Shown here piece after piece: positions 15,502 to 24,301 of a DNA stretch of 27,007 nucleotides. Numbering within the stretch: position 1 is the first letter of the stretch; each line of letters starts with the position of its first letter. The stretch comes from a virus (taxonomy: Duplodnaviria; Caudoviricetes). The translations under genes were made by a program, and so were the position numbers. The stretch is from positions 1 to 27,007 of IMG/VR virus record IMGVR_UViG_3300044971_003805; one strand, given 5' to 3'. The notes beneath the pieces are model-generated. The model did not search any database. It saw nothing but the letters and a program-made list of their open reading frames with translations, and was not told where the DNA came from.

Positions 15502-15587
15502 GGGGCGCTTCGGAGGATGGGCTGTCGGCGTGGGACTCCCCTGCGCGTCGACTCCCATCGGCGGGTTCGACGCCCGCCCGCCCCACC
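15502..15587 (+). ncRNA. tRNA-like element (acceptor stem and T-arm, long central helix, no canonical anticodon loop or D arm)
   Basis: GGGGCG/CGCCCC-A-CC, GGCGGG-TTCGACG-CCCGCC, central GATGGG/CCCATC and GTCGGCG/CGTCGAC. Confidence 0.6.
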
Positions 15588-15638
15588 TTTCGTCGACGCC
15601 GCCTTGACGTCGACGTACCCGAACAAAGGAACCGCACC

Positions 15639-16811
15639 ATGAAGAAGATCGCCATCGTCCCGTCGTCTCCGTCCTCGCCGCGTCAGCGCATGATCGACCT
15701 CATCGACGCGCTCAACGCCGCCGTGCTCGAACGCTCGACTGAGTCTCGCCTGCTCGTCGCGTGCGCCATCGCCGGCCACCACGCGCTCCTGCTCGGTGAG
15801 CCCGGCACCGGCAAGTCGTACCTCGCCGAGGCGCTCGCCTCGGCCATCGAGGCGGAGTGCTTCCGCTACCTCATGGGGAAGGCGACGACGCCCGACGAGA
15901 TCATCGGCGCGCCGGACCTGAAGCGATGGAGCGACACCGGCGAACGCGTCCTGCGGACGCGGCACAAGCTGACGTCGGCAGTGATCGGCTTCCTCGACGA
16001 AGTGTTCAAGTCGAACTCGGTCGTCCTGAACTCGATCCTCCGGCTCGTCAACGAACGCACCTACATCGACGACGCCGGCGAGCACGCGTCGCCGCTGCGC
16101 TTCGTCGTCGCGGCGTCGAACGAGACACCGGAGCCGGGCGAGGTTGACGCCTTCTACGATCGATTCCTCGTCGCGCTCTGCGTCGAGCCGGTCGCCGACC
16201 CGGTCAACCGGCGCGCACTCGCTCGTCGCCAGTTGCCGCCGCGTCCGTCGAAGGTCGCGACGCTCGCCGACCTCGACGCCGCTCGCGCTGAGGCTCGCGC
16301 GCTGCCGATTAGTGACGCGGCGATCGACGCGCTCGACGCCGTCGTGTCGTCGCTGCGCTCCAAGGGCATCGTGGTCAGCGACCGGCGCTTTCAGGCGACG
16401 ATCGACCTGATGCAGGTATGCGCGTGGCTCGACGGGCACGCCGAAGTCGGCGCGGCCTCGGTCGACGTCGCGCGACACACCGCGTGGCGACGACTCGATC
16501 AGCGCGCCGCCGTCGATGCCGCCGTCGAGGCAGCGATGCCGAAGGTCGACGCGGACCTGACGAAGATCGGGAAGGTGCTCGCCGAACAGGACGCCGCGAT
16601 CCGCGCGTCGTCGACCCTCTCGACGAAGGCCCGCCGGCAGGAGGCACTGGGCGCTGTCGCCGACGTGCTCGACGACCTGACCGCAGACCTCGACCGACTC
16701 GAACGAGAGAACCCGAACGCGAAGCCGGCGATCGACATCGTCCGCGCCCGCGTGAAGACCACGAACGAAGCCTGCAACGCGGCGACGATCGCCGCCTTCC
16801 GCACGAAGTGA
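15639..16811 (+). CDS. MoxR/RavA-family AAA+ ATPase
   Basis: GEPGTGKS, FLDEVFKSNS, ASNE, AFYDRF, VSDRR. Confidence 0.92.
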   Translation: MKKIAIVPSSPSSPRQRMIDLIDALNAAVLERSTESRLLVACAIAGHHALLLGEPGTGKSYLAEALASAIEAECFRYLMGKATTPDEIIGAPDLKRWSDTGERVLRTRHKLTSAVIGFLDEVFKSNSVVLNSILRLVNERTYIDDAGEHASPLRFVVAASNETPEPGEVDAFYDRFLVALCVEPVADPVNRRALARRQLPPRPSKVATLADLDAARAEARALPISDAAIDALDAVVSSLRSKGIVVSDRRFQATIDLMQVCAWLDGHAEVGAASVDVARHTAWRRLDQRAAVDAAVEAAMPKVDADLTKIGKVLAEQDAAIRASSTLSTKARRQEALGAVADVLDDLTADLDRLERENPNAKPAIDIVRARVKTTNEACNAATIAAFRTK

Positions 16812-16820
16812 GGGACGACC

Positions 16821-18266
16821 ATGCGAGACCTGACCTACCGGGTGAGCGCCACGACGGCGCGCGCCTTCGACAGGAGCAACGACGAACTCGGAGACGCGGC
16901 GACGAAGCACGCGTCGAAGATCGCGGAGTGGCAGTCGTTCGGGCGCGAAGCGTTCGGCCGCCTGTACCGCCCGCAGGACGCGACGCGCACCGTGACCGCG
17001 CCCGACTCGTGGGCGCTGCGCGCGACCGATGCGCTGACGACGTCGCCCGACTGGAACGAGGCCGTCGAGGCTTCGCGCTCTCACCGGGTCGTCGCGGCGG
17101 CGACGACGGCGACGCTGCTCGACGCCGTCGCGAAGGCGCTCGGTGTTGACGGGATGCCCGACGGCGGTTCGTCGGCCGATCCGCGCTCGCTCGACCGGGC
17201 GGCGCGGCGCGCGCAAGAAGCGGCGCAGGCCGCATGGGAGCGCATGACGCAAGCGAACGACGAGCGCGACGACGCGGCGGCGAAGGACGCGCGCGACGAG
17301 TTCGACGCGGCGAGTGCGGCGGCGAAGGCCGCCGACGTCGCGGCGGCGCAGGCTCGTGGGCGTCGGGCGATGCTCGAAGGCGCAGCGAAGGCGCAGGCGG
17401 CGAAGGTCGCGGTCGCCGTTGCGAAGGCGGCGAAGGAGGCGAAGGCGATGGCGGAGGCCGTCGCGTTGCTCGCCGGCGTCGGTGTCGGCGGCGACGGCGT
17501 CGAGGGCGACATCGACGAGGAACTGTTGCGCCTCGTTCGTGACAGCGCCGACGTTCGCGAAGTGCTCCGTCAGGTCGGCCGCTCGAAGGACGCGGCGGCG
17601 AAGCGCACCGGGCTTCGTGACGGCGGGCGGCTCGACGTCCTCGGCGTCGACGCCGGGCGCGACGTGTTCTCGCTGGCGTCGTCGGAGATGTTGCTCCTGT
17701 CGATGGGCGGCGTCGCTCGCCTCGACGTGCTGTCGCGTGCGGAGCAAGGCGCGGCGCTCGTCGTCTCGCGCGCCGGCGACAAGCCCGCCGAGGCCGGCGA
17801 CTTCGTCCTGCTCGTCGACCGTTCGGGGTCGATGGCTGGCGCGCGGCAGCGGTCGGCGCGGGCGTTCGCGATGGGCGCGATCCTGCGCGCCCTCGGCGAG
17901 CGTCGCCGCGTCGTGGTCGTCGCGTTCGACGACGGCCCGGCGGCGCGCGCCGTGGTCGAGCGTGACGGGAGCGGCTTGCCCGACGCCGTGCGCGCGTTGC
18001 TCTTGCCGGCGTACGGCGGGACCGACGCGGTCGGCGCGATGCGCGCGGCTGTCGGTGCGTTGACGGCGAACGAGCGCGCGCGCGTCGACACGTTGATCGT
18101 GACCGATGGGCAGTGGGCGGACCCGACGCCGGAGACGCTGCGCCTGCTTCGTCGCGGCGGCGGCTCGTTCAAGGCCGTGCTCGTCGACGGCGTGGGCGAG
18201 TCGAAGGACTGGCTCGACGGGGTCTGGACGATGTCGTCGACCGGCGACGTGAAGCAGGTCCGGTGA
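16821..18266 (+). CDS. VWA-domain protein (ViaA-like MoxR partner)
   Basis: MIDAS DRSGSM, GGT, VTDG after an Ala-rich coiled coil. Confidence 0.9.
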   Translation: MRDLTYRVSATTARAFDRSNDELGDAATKHASKIAEWQSFGREAFGRLYRPQDATRTVTAPDSWALRATDALTTSPDWNEAVEASRSHRVVAAATTATLLDAVAKALGVDGMPDGGSSADPRSLDRAARRAQEAAQAAWERMTQANDERDDAAAKDARDEFDAASAAAKAADVAAAQARGRRAMLEGAAKAQAAKVAVAVAKAAKEAKAMAEAVALLAGVGVGGDGVEGDIDEELLRLVRDSADVREVLRQVGRSKDAAAKRTGLRDGGRLDVLGVDAGRDVFSLASSEMLLLSMGGVARLDVLSRAEQGAALVVSRAGDKPAEAGDFVLLVDRSGSMAGARQRSARAFAMGAILRALGERRRVVVVAFDDGPAARAVVERDGSGLPDAVRALLLPAYGGTDAVGAMRAAVGALTANERARVDTLIVTDGQWADPTPETLRLLRRGGGSFKAVLVDGVGESKDWLDGVWTMSSTGDVKQVR

Positions 18267-18348
18267 CGGCAAGGGGCTCGCGCCCCGCTTCGACCGCGTG
18301 AGTTCGCCTCGCGCTGTCGAAGCCGCGCGTGAGCGGCGGGAGGACGAG

Positions 18349-18636
18349 ATGAGAGAACTGACCGACGAACAGAAAGCGAAGATCGAGGCCGACGCGCTGC
18401 GCGTGTTATCTCAGTTTTCCGACATCGTAAGCAGCGACAGGACAAGCCCCGAGGCGCTCGTCGTTGCGACGGCGGCGCAGGCGGTGCTTGCGCTGCTCTA
18501 CTTCGCGAACGAGTGCGATCGCGGCGACCGTACCGCGCTCGCGGTCGTGCTCTCCGACGTCGGAGTGCAGATCGGAAAGATGATCCACACCGAGGCGCTG
18601 CGGGTGCAGCGCGAAGCAAGCCACGAGGTGAACTGA
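18349..18636 (+). CDS. Hypothetical protein
   Basis: GGAGG RBS before ATG 18349; TGATG-coupled to the next ORF. Confidence 0.75.
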   Translation: MRELTDEQKAKIEADALRVLSQFSDIVSSDRTSPEALVVATAAQAVLALLYFANECDRGDRTALAVVLSDVGVQIGKMIHTEALRVQREASHEVN

Positions 18637-18956
18637 TGCAGGCGACAGCAGTGATCGCGACGTTGTCGTCGCGCGGATGGAAACGAATCGCGGTGAGCGG
18701 AGCGAGCGTGATCGCCGTCGTCGACGGCGTTCGCGTCACGATCAGCTTCGACAGCGAGATGATGTTCGACCCCGTCGAGGAGACGCACGTCCTGTCGACG
18801 TCGATCGTTCTGCTCGTCGACGGCGTCGAGCGCGGACGCATCGAACGCTGGCCGCTCTTGCCCGATGAAGAACTCTCGACGCTCGACGAGGCGGCCCGCC
18901 TCGCCGAGGCCGTCGTGCGAACAGGCGACGACGTCGCCGTGGAGATGGACCGATGA
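18636..18956 (+). CDS. Hypothetical protein
   Basis: Coupled at both ends (TGATG, ATGA); GAGGTG RBS. Confidence 0.75.
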   Translation: MQATAVIATLSSRGWKRIAVSGASVIAVVDGVRVTISFDSEMMFDPVEETHVLSTSIVLLVDGVERGRIERWPLLPDEELSTLDEAARLAEAVVRTGDDVAVEMDR

Positions 18957-19183
18957 ACGAAGTGATGGACCTTGACGACGCTGCGGCGTTCGTCCGGCTC
19001 TCGAAGAAGCTGCTCGCACGAGCGGCACGGCGCGGCGGTCTCCGCTGCGCGTTGATCCCATCGTCGACCGGCGGCGGCGGCTACCGGTTCACGCGCGCGG
19101 CGTTGATCGAGTGGGTCGACGCCGGGTGCCCCGGCAGCAGCGGCGCCGCAGACAACGTCGACGAGAAGGACGGTGAGGAATGA
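18953..19183 (+). CDS. Excisionase-like / MerR-type helix-turn-helix protein
   Basis: VMDLDDAAAFVRLS...GYRFTRAALIEW. Confidence 0.8.
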   Translation: MNEVMDLDDAAAFVRLSKKLLARAARRGGLRCALIPSSTGGGGYRFTRAALIEWVDAGCPGSSGAADNVDEKDGEE

Positions 19184-20259
19184 AGATCGAAGACGTCGAG
19201 ATCGGAGCAAGCGAGGCGGCGGCGGCGATCGGGTTGTCGCCGTACAAGTCGCCGGCGGGACTCTGGGCGGAGAAGATGCGACTCGTCGAGCGTGGCGGCG
19301 GCAACGAGGCGACGTTCCTCGGGACGTTCGTCGAGCACGCGATCGCCGACGCGTTCGCCGCGAGGAACGACGTACGCCCGCGCCGATGGGAGACCGTGCG
19401 CGGTGTCCTTCGTCCGTGGCTGCGCGTGTCTCCCGATCGCGTGTTGCTTGGCGAGGACCTGTCGCCGGGCTTCCGTCGGGAGCACGCGCTCGATCCCGGC
19501 GAGGCCGTCGTCGTCGAGATCAAGACGACGGGCCTCGCGTCGTACCGGCCACCGTCGAAGCTGTCGGCAGAGTGGGGCGAGGAAGGCACGTCGGCGATCC
19601 CGCCGCAGTACCTCGTGCAGGTGCAGCTTCAGTTGGCGGCGATGCATAAGGTTCTCGTCGACAGCGGTCGCGGCTACGTTACGCGAGCGATCGTCGCGGC
19701 ACTGATTCCCGGTCGCGGTCTCGTCGAGTTCGTCGTGCGTTCCGACGAGGAAGTGCAGCAACGCATCCTCGCCGGCCTTGACAAGTTCGTGAACGATCAC
19801 CTCGTCGCCGAGGTCTCGCCGGAGCCGGCGAGCGCCGACGACTGGCGCGCGTTCGCGGAGCAGGTCAAGCGCCCGCAAGCGTCGAAGGAGGTCGTGCGCG
19901 TAGAGCCGGGCGACCCGCTCGAAGTGCTGCTCGCGGACTACGTCGCCGCCGACGTGTTCTTCAAGGACGCGGAGGCAGCGAAGGAGCGGATGCGCGCGAA
20001 GATCATCGAGGCCGTCGGAGACCGCTACGGCATCGAGAGCGAACGAGTGCGCGCGACCTACAGCGCAGGCAAGACGACGCCGAAGCTGTCGCAGGGAGCG
20101 TTCGTCGACGAGGTGCTCGCGCTCGCGCGTGCGGAGTCGACGTCAGACAAACCGGAGCGCGCGAAGATGGCGCGCTCGATCCTCGACGCTGCGGAGCGCA
20201 ACACCCGCAGCGTCGTCACCGGACGCGCGCTGCGCGTCACCACGAAGGGAGACGAGTGA
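19180..20259 (+). CDS. YqaJ/lambda-exonuclease-family recombinase nuclease
   Basis: IGASEAAAAIGLSPYKSP, SPDR, EIKT, YLVQVQLQL. Confidence 0.92.
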   Translation: MKIEDVEIGASEAAAAIGLSPYKSPAGLWAEKMRLVERGGGNEATFLGTFVEHAIADAFAARNDVRPRRWETVRGVLRPWLRVSPDRVLLGEDLSPGFRREHALDPGEAVVVEIKTTGLASYRPPSKLSAEWGEEGTSAIPPQYLVQVQLQLAAMHKVLVDSGRGYVTRAIVAALIPGRGLVEFVVRSDEEVQQRILAGLDKFVNDHLVAEVSPEPASADDWRAFAEQVKRPQASKEVVRVEPGDPLEVLLADYVAADVFFKDAEAAKERMRAKIIEAVGDRYGIESERVRATYSAGKTTPKLSQGAFVDEVLALARAESTSDKPERAKMARSILDAAERNTRSVVTGRALRVTTKGDE

Positions 20260-21332
20260 TGAGTGAGAACGAAGCGATGACGACGAAGGTGCCGAACTAC
20301 ATCGTCGAGGCAGCGAAGGAGATCGGCGAAGAGAAGATGCGTCTGCTCCGCGACACCGTCGCGCGCGGTCTGACGATGCCGGAGTTCGGCCTGTTCGTTG
20401 AGGTCTGCCGACGCACCGGCCTCGATCCCTTCGCCAAGCAGGTCTACGCGGTGAAGCGGTACGACAAGCGTGAGGGTCGTGAGGTGATGACGATCCAGCT
20501 CGGCATCGACGGGTTCCGCTCGATTGCCGAGAGGACAACGCGCTACGCCGGGCAGCGTGGTCCGTTCTGGTGTGGCGACGACGGCAAGTGGGTCGACGTG
20601 TGGCTCTCGTCGTCACCGCCGCGCGCGGCGAAGATCGAGGTGCTGCGGAAGGACTTCGTCGAACCGCTCGTCGGGATCGCGCTCTGGACGGAGTATTGCC
20701 AGACGACCCGCGACGGATCGCCGATGGGTCTGTGGGGCAAGCTGCCGTCGGTCATGCTCGCGAAGTGCGCGGAGTCCGTCGCGCTTCGTCGTGCGTTCCC
20801 GCAGGAACTGTCGGGCCTCTACACGAGCGACGAGATGGCGCAGGCGTCGTCGGAGGATCGGGCGCAACGCGTGACCGAGTCCGCCGTCGTCGCGCGCGTC
20901 GAGAAGGCGCTCCCGCCGAGAGCCGAGGCACCCGTCGAGGCGGACCCATACATGCCGCACGTCGAGGGAGACCCCGAACCGCCGACCGGCCCGCGCACGG
21001 CAACGGTCGTCTCGTCCACACCGACGGCGATGCCGACGCTGCGAGAGGCAGCACGCGACGAGCCGTCGATGCAGACACCGGCAGAGTCGACCGAGAACCT
21101 CGTCGAGGCGTTGCGCGAGATGCGCGGCGCGAACGACATCGCGTCGATGTCGGCGGTCGTGGCGAGGTGGAAGCCGCGCCTCGCCGACGACCTGCCGCTG
21201 CGGATGTTCGGCCGCTCCCGGTACAACGAGCAGCGGAAGATGAAGCACGAGGCCGGGATGAACGACGTCGAGAAGCGCGCGCTCTCGCTCGCGTTGTCGT
21301 TGCTCGTCGACGGCAGAGGCGACGCCGCCTGA
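20259..21332 (+). CDS. bet: Phage single-strand annealing protein Bet/RecT
   Basis: TGLDPFAKQVY, IDGFRSIAERT, MLAKCAESVALRRAFP..LSGLYTSDEM. Confidence 0.93.
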   Translation: MSENEAMTTKVPNYIVEAAKEIGEEKMRLLRDTVARGLTMPEFGLFVEVCRRTGLDPFAKQVYAVKRYDKREGREVMTIQLGIDGFRSIAERTTRYAGQRGPFWCGDDGKWVDVWLSSSPPRAAKIEVLRKDFVEPLVGIALWTEYCQTTRDGSPMGLWGKLPSVMLAKCAESVALRRAFPQELSGLYTSDEMAQASSEDRAQRVTESAVVARVEKALPPRAEAPVEADPYMPHVEGDPEPPTGPRTATVVSSTPTAMPTLREAARDEPSMQTPAESTENLVEALREMRGANDIASMSAVVARWKPRLADDLPLRMFGRSRYNEQRKMKHEAGMNDVEKRALSLALSLLVDGRGDAA

Positions 21333-21338
21333 AAGATT

Positions 21339-21373
21339 GACCCCGCCCGGCGAGGGCAACACCGGGCGGGGTC
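21339..21373. other. Perfect 12-bp intergenic hairpin (possible terminator or processing site)
   Basis: GACCCCGCCCGG 21339-21350 / CCGGGCGGGGTC 21362-21373; no U-tract on the + strand. Confidence 0.55.
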
Positions 21374-21403
21374 CGTGACCACGAAACGCGATGGGACGAA
21401 CAC

Positions 21404-21419
21404 CGCGCGCCGCTACGGT
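21404..21419 (+). promoter_or_regulatory. Putative promoter motif upstream of ssb
   Basis: CGCGCGCCGCTACGGT, identical to 7816-7831; 36 nt upstream of the ssb ATG. Confidence 0.55.
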
Positions 21420-21455
21420 AGCGACGTCGCGGACTGCACACAAGGAGAGAGAGAC

Positions 21456-21869
21456 ATGGCTGGACTGAACAACGTGAAGCTGATCGGCAACCTCGGGAAA
21501 GACCCCGAACTGAAGAACAACGGGAAGAACTCGTGGTGCGATCTGAACATCGCCGTGAACCAGCGCCGCAAGGTCGGCGACAACTGGGAGGACAAGGTCG
21601 AATGGGTCGCCGTGCGCGTGCTCGGGAAGGGCGCTGAGAACTGCGCCAAGTACCTGACGAAGGGGCGCTCGGTCTTCGTCGACGGTCGTCTGGAGACGTC
21701 GTCGTGGGTCGACGAGAAGACGAAGGAGAAGAAGTACATGACGCGCGTCGTGTCCTTCGATGTGCAGTTCCTCGGCGGCGGCGGTGAGGGCAAGCCCGGC
21801 GGCGGATCGAAGCCGTCGAGCGGTGCGCCTGAGAGCGCGCCGGCGGACGACGACGACCTGCCCTTCTGA
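21456..21869 (+). CDS. ssb: Single-stranded DNA-binding protein
   Basis: NNVKLIGNLGKDPEL, YLTKGRSVFVDGRL, C-terminal DDDDLPF; AAGGAG RBS before ATG 21456. Confidence 0.96.
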   Translation: MAGLNNVKLIGNLGKDPELKNNGKNSWCDLNIAVNQRRKVGDNWEDKVEWVAVRVLGKGAENCAKYLTKGRSVFVDGRLETSSWVDEKTKEKKYMTRVVSFDVQFLGGGGEGKPGGGSKPSSGAPESAPADDDDLPF

Positions 21870-21889
21870 TCCAACACGACGAGGACGCG

Positions 21890-22561
21890 ATGCCCTGCAC
21901 TCTTTTCTTCGGCGAGGAGCGCCGGGCGCGCGTCCTCGTCACTCTCGAAGACGGAACGACTCTGAAGCTGGAAGGCGTCGTCGCCGTCGACGTGCTCGAC
22001 GAAGGCGACCGCCGGCGCACGACGCAAGCGCCGGTGAAGCAGAACAAGAAGGCCGCGCGCACCTACGGTGCCGAGGCGGCGGTGACAGACGACGAGGCCC
22101 GCGAACTCTTGCGCGGTTCGTTCGACGGACGCGTGCTGGGACGCGACGAGCGCGAGCGGTTGATGCACCTCCTGACCCATCTCCGTCGTCGATGTTTCAA
22201 GGCGTCGGCGGCTGTCTGGGTCGTCGGTGACATCTCCGTCATCGGCTCCGCTCTCACGGCTGGCGTGCGGCCGAGTGACCTCGCGAAGGCGATCGTCGCG
22301 GCCGCGCGTGATGCGTGGTGGAAGTCGCGCGGCGACCTGTCCTTCCAGACGCTTGTGAAGCACGTCGGCTCGCTGGCCGCTCGGTACGAGCAGACGAAGG
22401 ACGGGAAGCACGCGCTCGTCGCGATGCTCGTCGAGATCGGCGGCATCGACCCGATCGCGCGCGCGCAGATCGAGGAGCGACTGCCGACGATGACGGACGC
22501 AGACGCGACGGACCTAGTCGCACAATGGCGACGGAAGATCGAACTCACCAAGGGGACATGA
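21890..22561 (+). CDS. Hypothetical protein, possibly replication initiator or helicase loader (position only)
   Basis: GAGG RBS; between ssb and dnaB, ATGA-coupled to dnaB. Confidence 0.7.
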   Translation: MPCTLFFGEERRARVLVTLEDGTTLKLEGVVAVDVLDEGDRRRTTQAPVKQNKKAARTYGAEAAVTDDEARELLRGSFDGRVLGRDERERLMHLLTHLRRRCFKASAAVWVVGDISVIGSALTAGVRPSDLAKAIVAAARDAWWKSRGDLSFQTLVKHVGSLAARYEQTKDGKHALVAMLVEIGGIDPIARAQIEERLPTMTDADATDLVAQWRRKIELTKGT

Positions 22562-23934
22562 CGATGGACGAGATCAACGAAGGACGACTGGAACAAGCGC
22601 TGCTCGCAGAGCGCGTGATCGGCTGCGCGATGCGTGACGTCGCGATGCTCGAACGACTCGTGCGCGCCGGCGTGTCGGCGTCGGAGTTCGAGAGCGAGCA
22701 GCACCGCTCGATCTGGTCGGCGGCGCTTGCTTGCTTCGAGAAGTACGGGGCGGCCGACTCGGCGATCGTCGCCGATCACCTACAGCGCGCGAACGGATGG
22801 AAGGCCGAGGACGCGAAGCTCTGGATCAGCGAGGCGATGCGCTCGTCGTGGGCGAGCGTCGACGACGAGACGCTCGGCGCGTACGCCGAACGCTTGCGCC
22901 ACGGTGCGGCGATGCGTCGGATGAGGAAGCTCGCCGAGAAGATCGATCGCATGGCGGCAGACGGCGCGGAGGCGTCGTCGATCGCCGCCGAGGCCGAGGG
23001 CGAGTTGCAGTCGATCGTCGCCGGGTCGACACCGCGCCGGGCTCGTGACGCGGAGTCGCTCGCCGCCGAGTACACGACCGACCTCACGCGTGACGAGGAG
23101 GTCGTCGAGCGGATCGCGACCGGCCTCGGTGTCATCGATCAAGCAATGCGCGGCGGCGCTCGTCGCGGGTCGGTGTTGTTGATCGGCGCCGACACCGGCG
23201 TCGGCAAGACGACGTTCGGCACGCACGTTGCGCTGACGATGGCGCGCGCCGGCGTGCCTCTCGTCTTCTTCACCTTCGAGACGAAAGCACCGCGCATCTT
23301 CTCTGGGCTCGTCGAGATGCACGCACGCAAGCGAACAGACCGGAGCAACCGCGCCGTCGTCTCGTCGCTGCTACACTCGGCGAACGAGGTCTCCGGTCTG
23401 CCCGTCTGGGTCGACGACACGGAGTCGATGACCGTCGAGGAACTCGCGTCGAAGGTGCACGGTCACGTCAAGCGGAACGCGGTGCGCGTCGTCTTCATCG
23501 ACTACGTTCAAGACCTCGAACGCTCGACGCGGCACTCGCGCGATGACCTGAACTTCGCGCACATCTCGAAGGTGCTCCGCCGCATGGCCGCTCGGTACAA
23601 CGTCCTCGTCGTCGGTTTCGCGCAGCTTGCCGACACGCGCGAGGCGCAGTTGAAGGCGAAGAACTACCAAGGTCCGACCGAGGCAGACATCGCGTACACG
23701 CGACAGTTCGCGAAGGACGCCTCGTACATCGTGCTGCTCGACCGCATGAAGCTGGCCGACGACCCCGGCCTGCGGAACCTGACTCGCGTGCGGCTCGTGA
23801 AGAACCGTGCAGAGTCGACGTTGACGACGGGATGGATGCGATACGACCCGTCGACGACGACGCTGTCAGCGGCGGACGAGCGCGGGCGCGACAACGTCGC
23901 CGTCTCCGTCGACGACGACCCGTTCGGGGTGTGA
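22558..23934 (+). CDS. dnaB: DnaB-like replicative helicase
   Basis: FESEQHRSIW N-domain, IATGL..ID, Walker A GADTGVGKT, FIDYVQ, AQL, VKNR. Confidence 0.92.
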   Translation: MTMDEINEGRLEQALLAERVIGCAMRDVAMLERLVRAGVSASEFESEQHRSIWSAALACFEKYGAADSAIVADHLQRANGWKAEDAKLWISEAMRSSWASVDDETLGAYAERLRHGAAMRRMRKLAEKIDRMAADGAEASSIAAEAEGELQSIVAGSTPRRARDAESLAAEYTTDLTRDEEVVERIATGLGVIDQAMRGGARRGSVLLIGADTGVGKTTFGTHVALTMARAGVPLVFFTFETKAPRIFSGLVEMHARKRTDRSNRAVVSSLLHSANEVSGLPVWVDDTESMTVEELASKVHGHVKRNAVRVVFIDYVQDLERSTRHSRDDLNFAHISKVLRRMAARYNVLVVGFAQLADTREAQLKAKNYQGPTEADIAYTRQFAKDASYIVLLDRMKLADDPGLRNLTRVRLVKNRAESTLTTGWMRYDPSTTTLSAADERGRDNVAVSVDDDPFGV

Positions 23935-23935
23935 C

Positions 23936-24301
23936 GTGGACGCCGACGAGAGAGCGAAGCTGACGGCGGAGTGCCGCGCGTTGATCGAGACGCGCGTGCG
24001 AGAGCCCGGCGAGGACGACGACCTCGACGACGAAGACCTCGTTCCGCTCGGGAAGCTACTCGCCGCGATCCGGCTCGGCTTCCTGCGCGTGCCGAAGTTC
24101 GAGCCGGCACCGCGCCGCGCGCCGGCGTGGTTGCTCGACACGATCGAGAGCACTCGGGCGCTGCTCGATCGCGCACGACAGAGACACCGTGACGCGCCGT
24201 GGGCGTCGACGGAGGACGACATCGCGTGGGGTCACGACCTACGCAAACACATCGACGAGTTGCTTTCGCTTCTCGACGAGTACGAAGGGGCAGACCGATG
24301 A
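23936..24301 (+). CDS. Hypothetical protein
   Basis: Fills the gap, ATGA-coupled downstream, typical codon usage. Confidence 0.75.
   Translation: MDADERAKLTAECRALIETRVREPGEDDDLDDEDLVPLGKLLAAIRLGFLRVPKFEPAPRRAPAWLLDTIESTRALLDRARQRHRDAPWASTEDDIAWGHDLRKHIDELLSLLDEYEGADR

Noticed and set aside
15502-15587. Canonical tRNA or tmRNA
   Set aside because: No proper D arm or 7-nt anticodon loop, no G3-U70 pair, no tag ORF; kept only as tRNA-like.
15588-15638. Theta (HDV-like) ribozyme after the tRNA-like element
   Set aside because: Could not build the nested double pseudoknot; only a simple hairpin is present.
15438-18272. 944-aa minus-strand ORF and other long antisense or alternative-frame ORFs (e.g. 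5724-7532, 17570-19210, 13322-14671)
   Set aside because: Arg/Gly/Val-rich shadows of motif-bearing genes; stop codons are scarce at this GC and codon bias.
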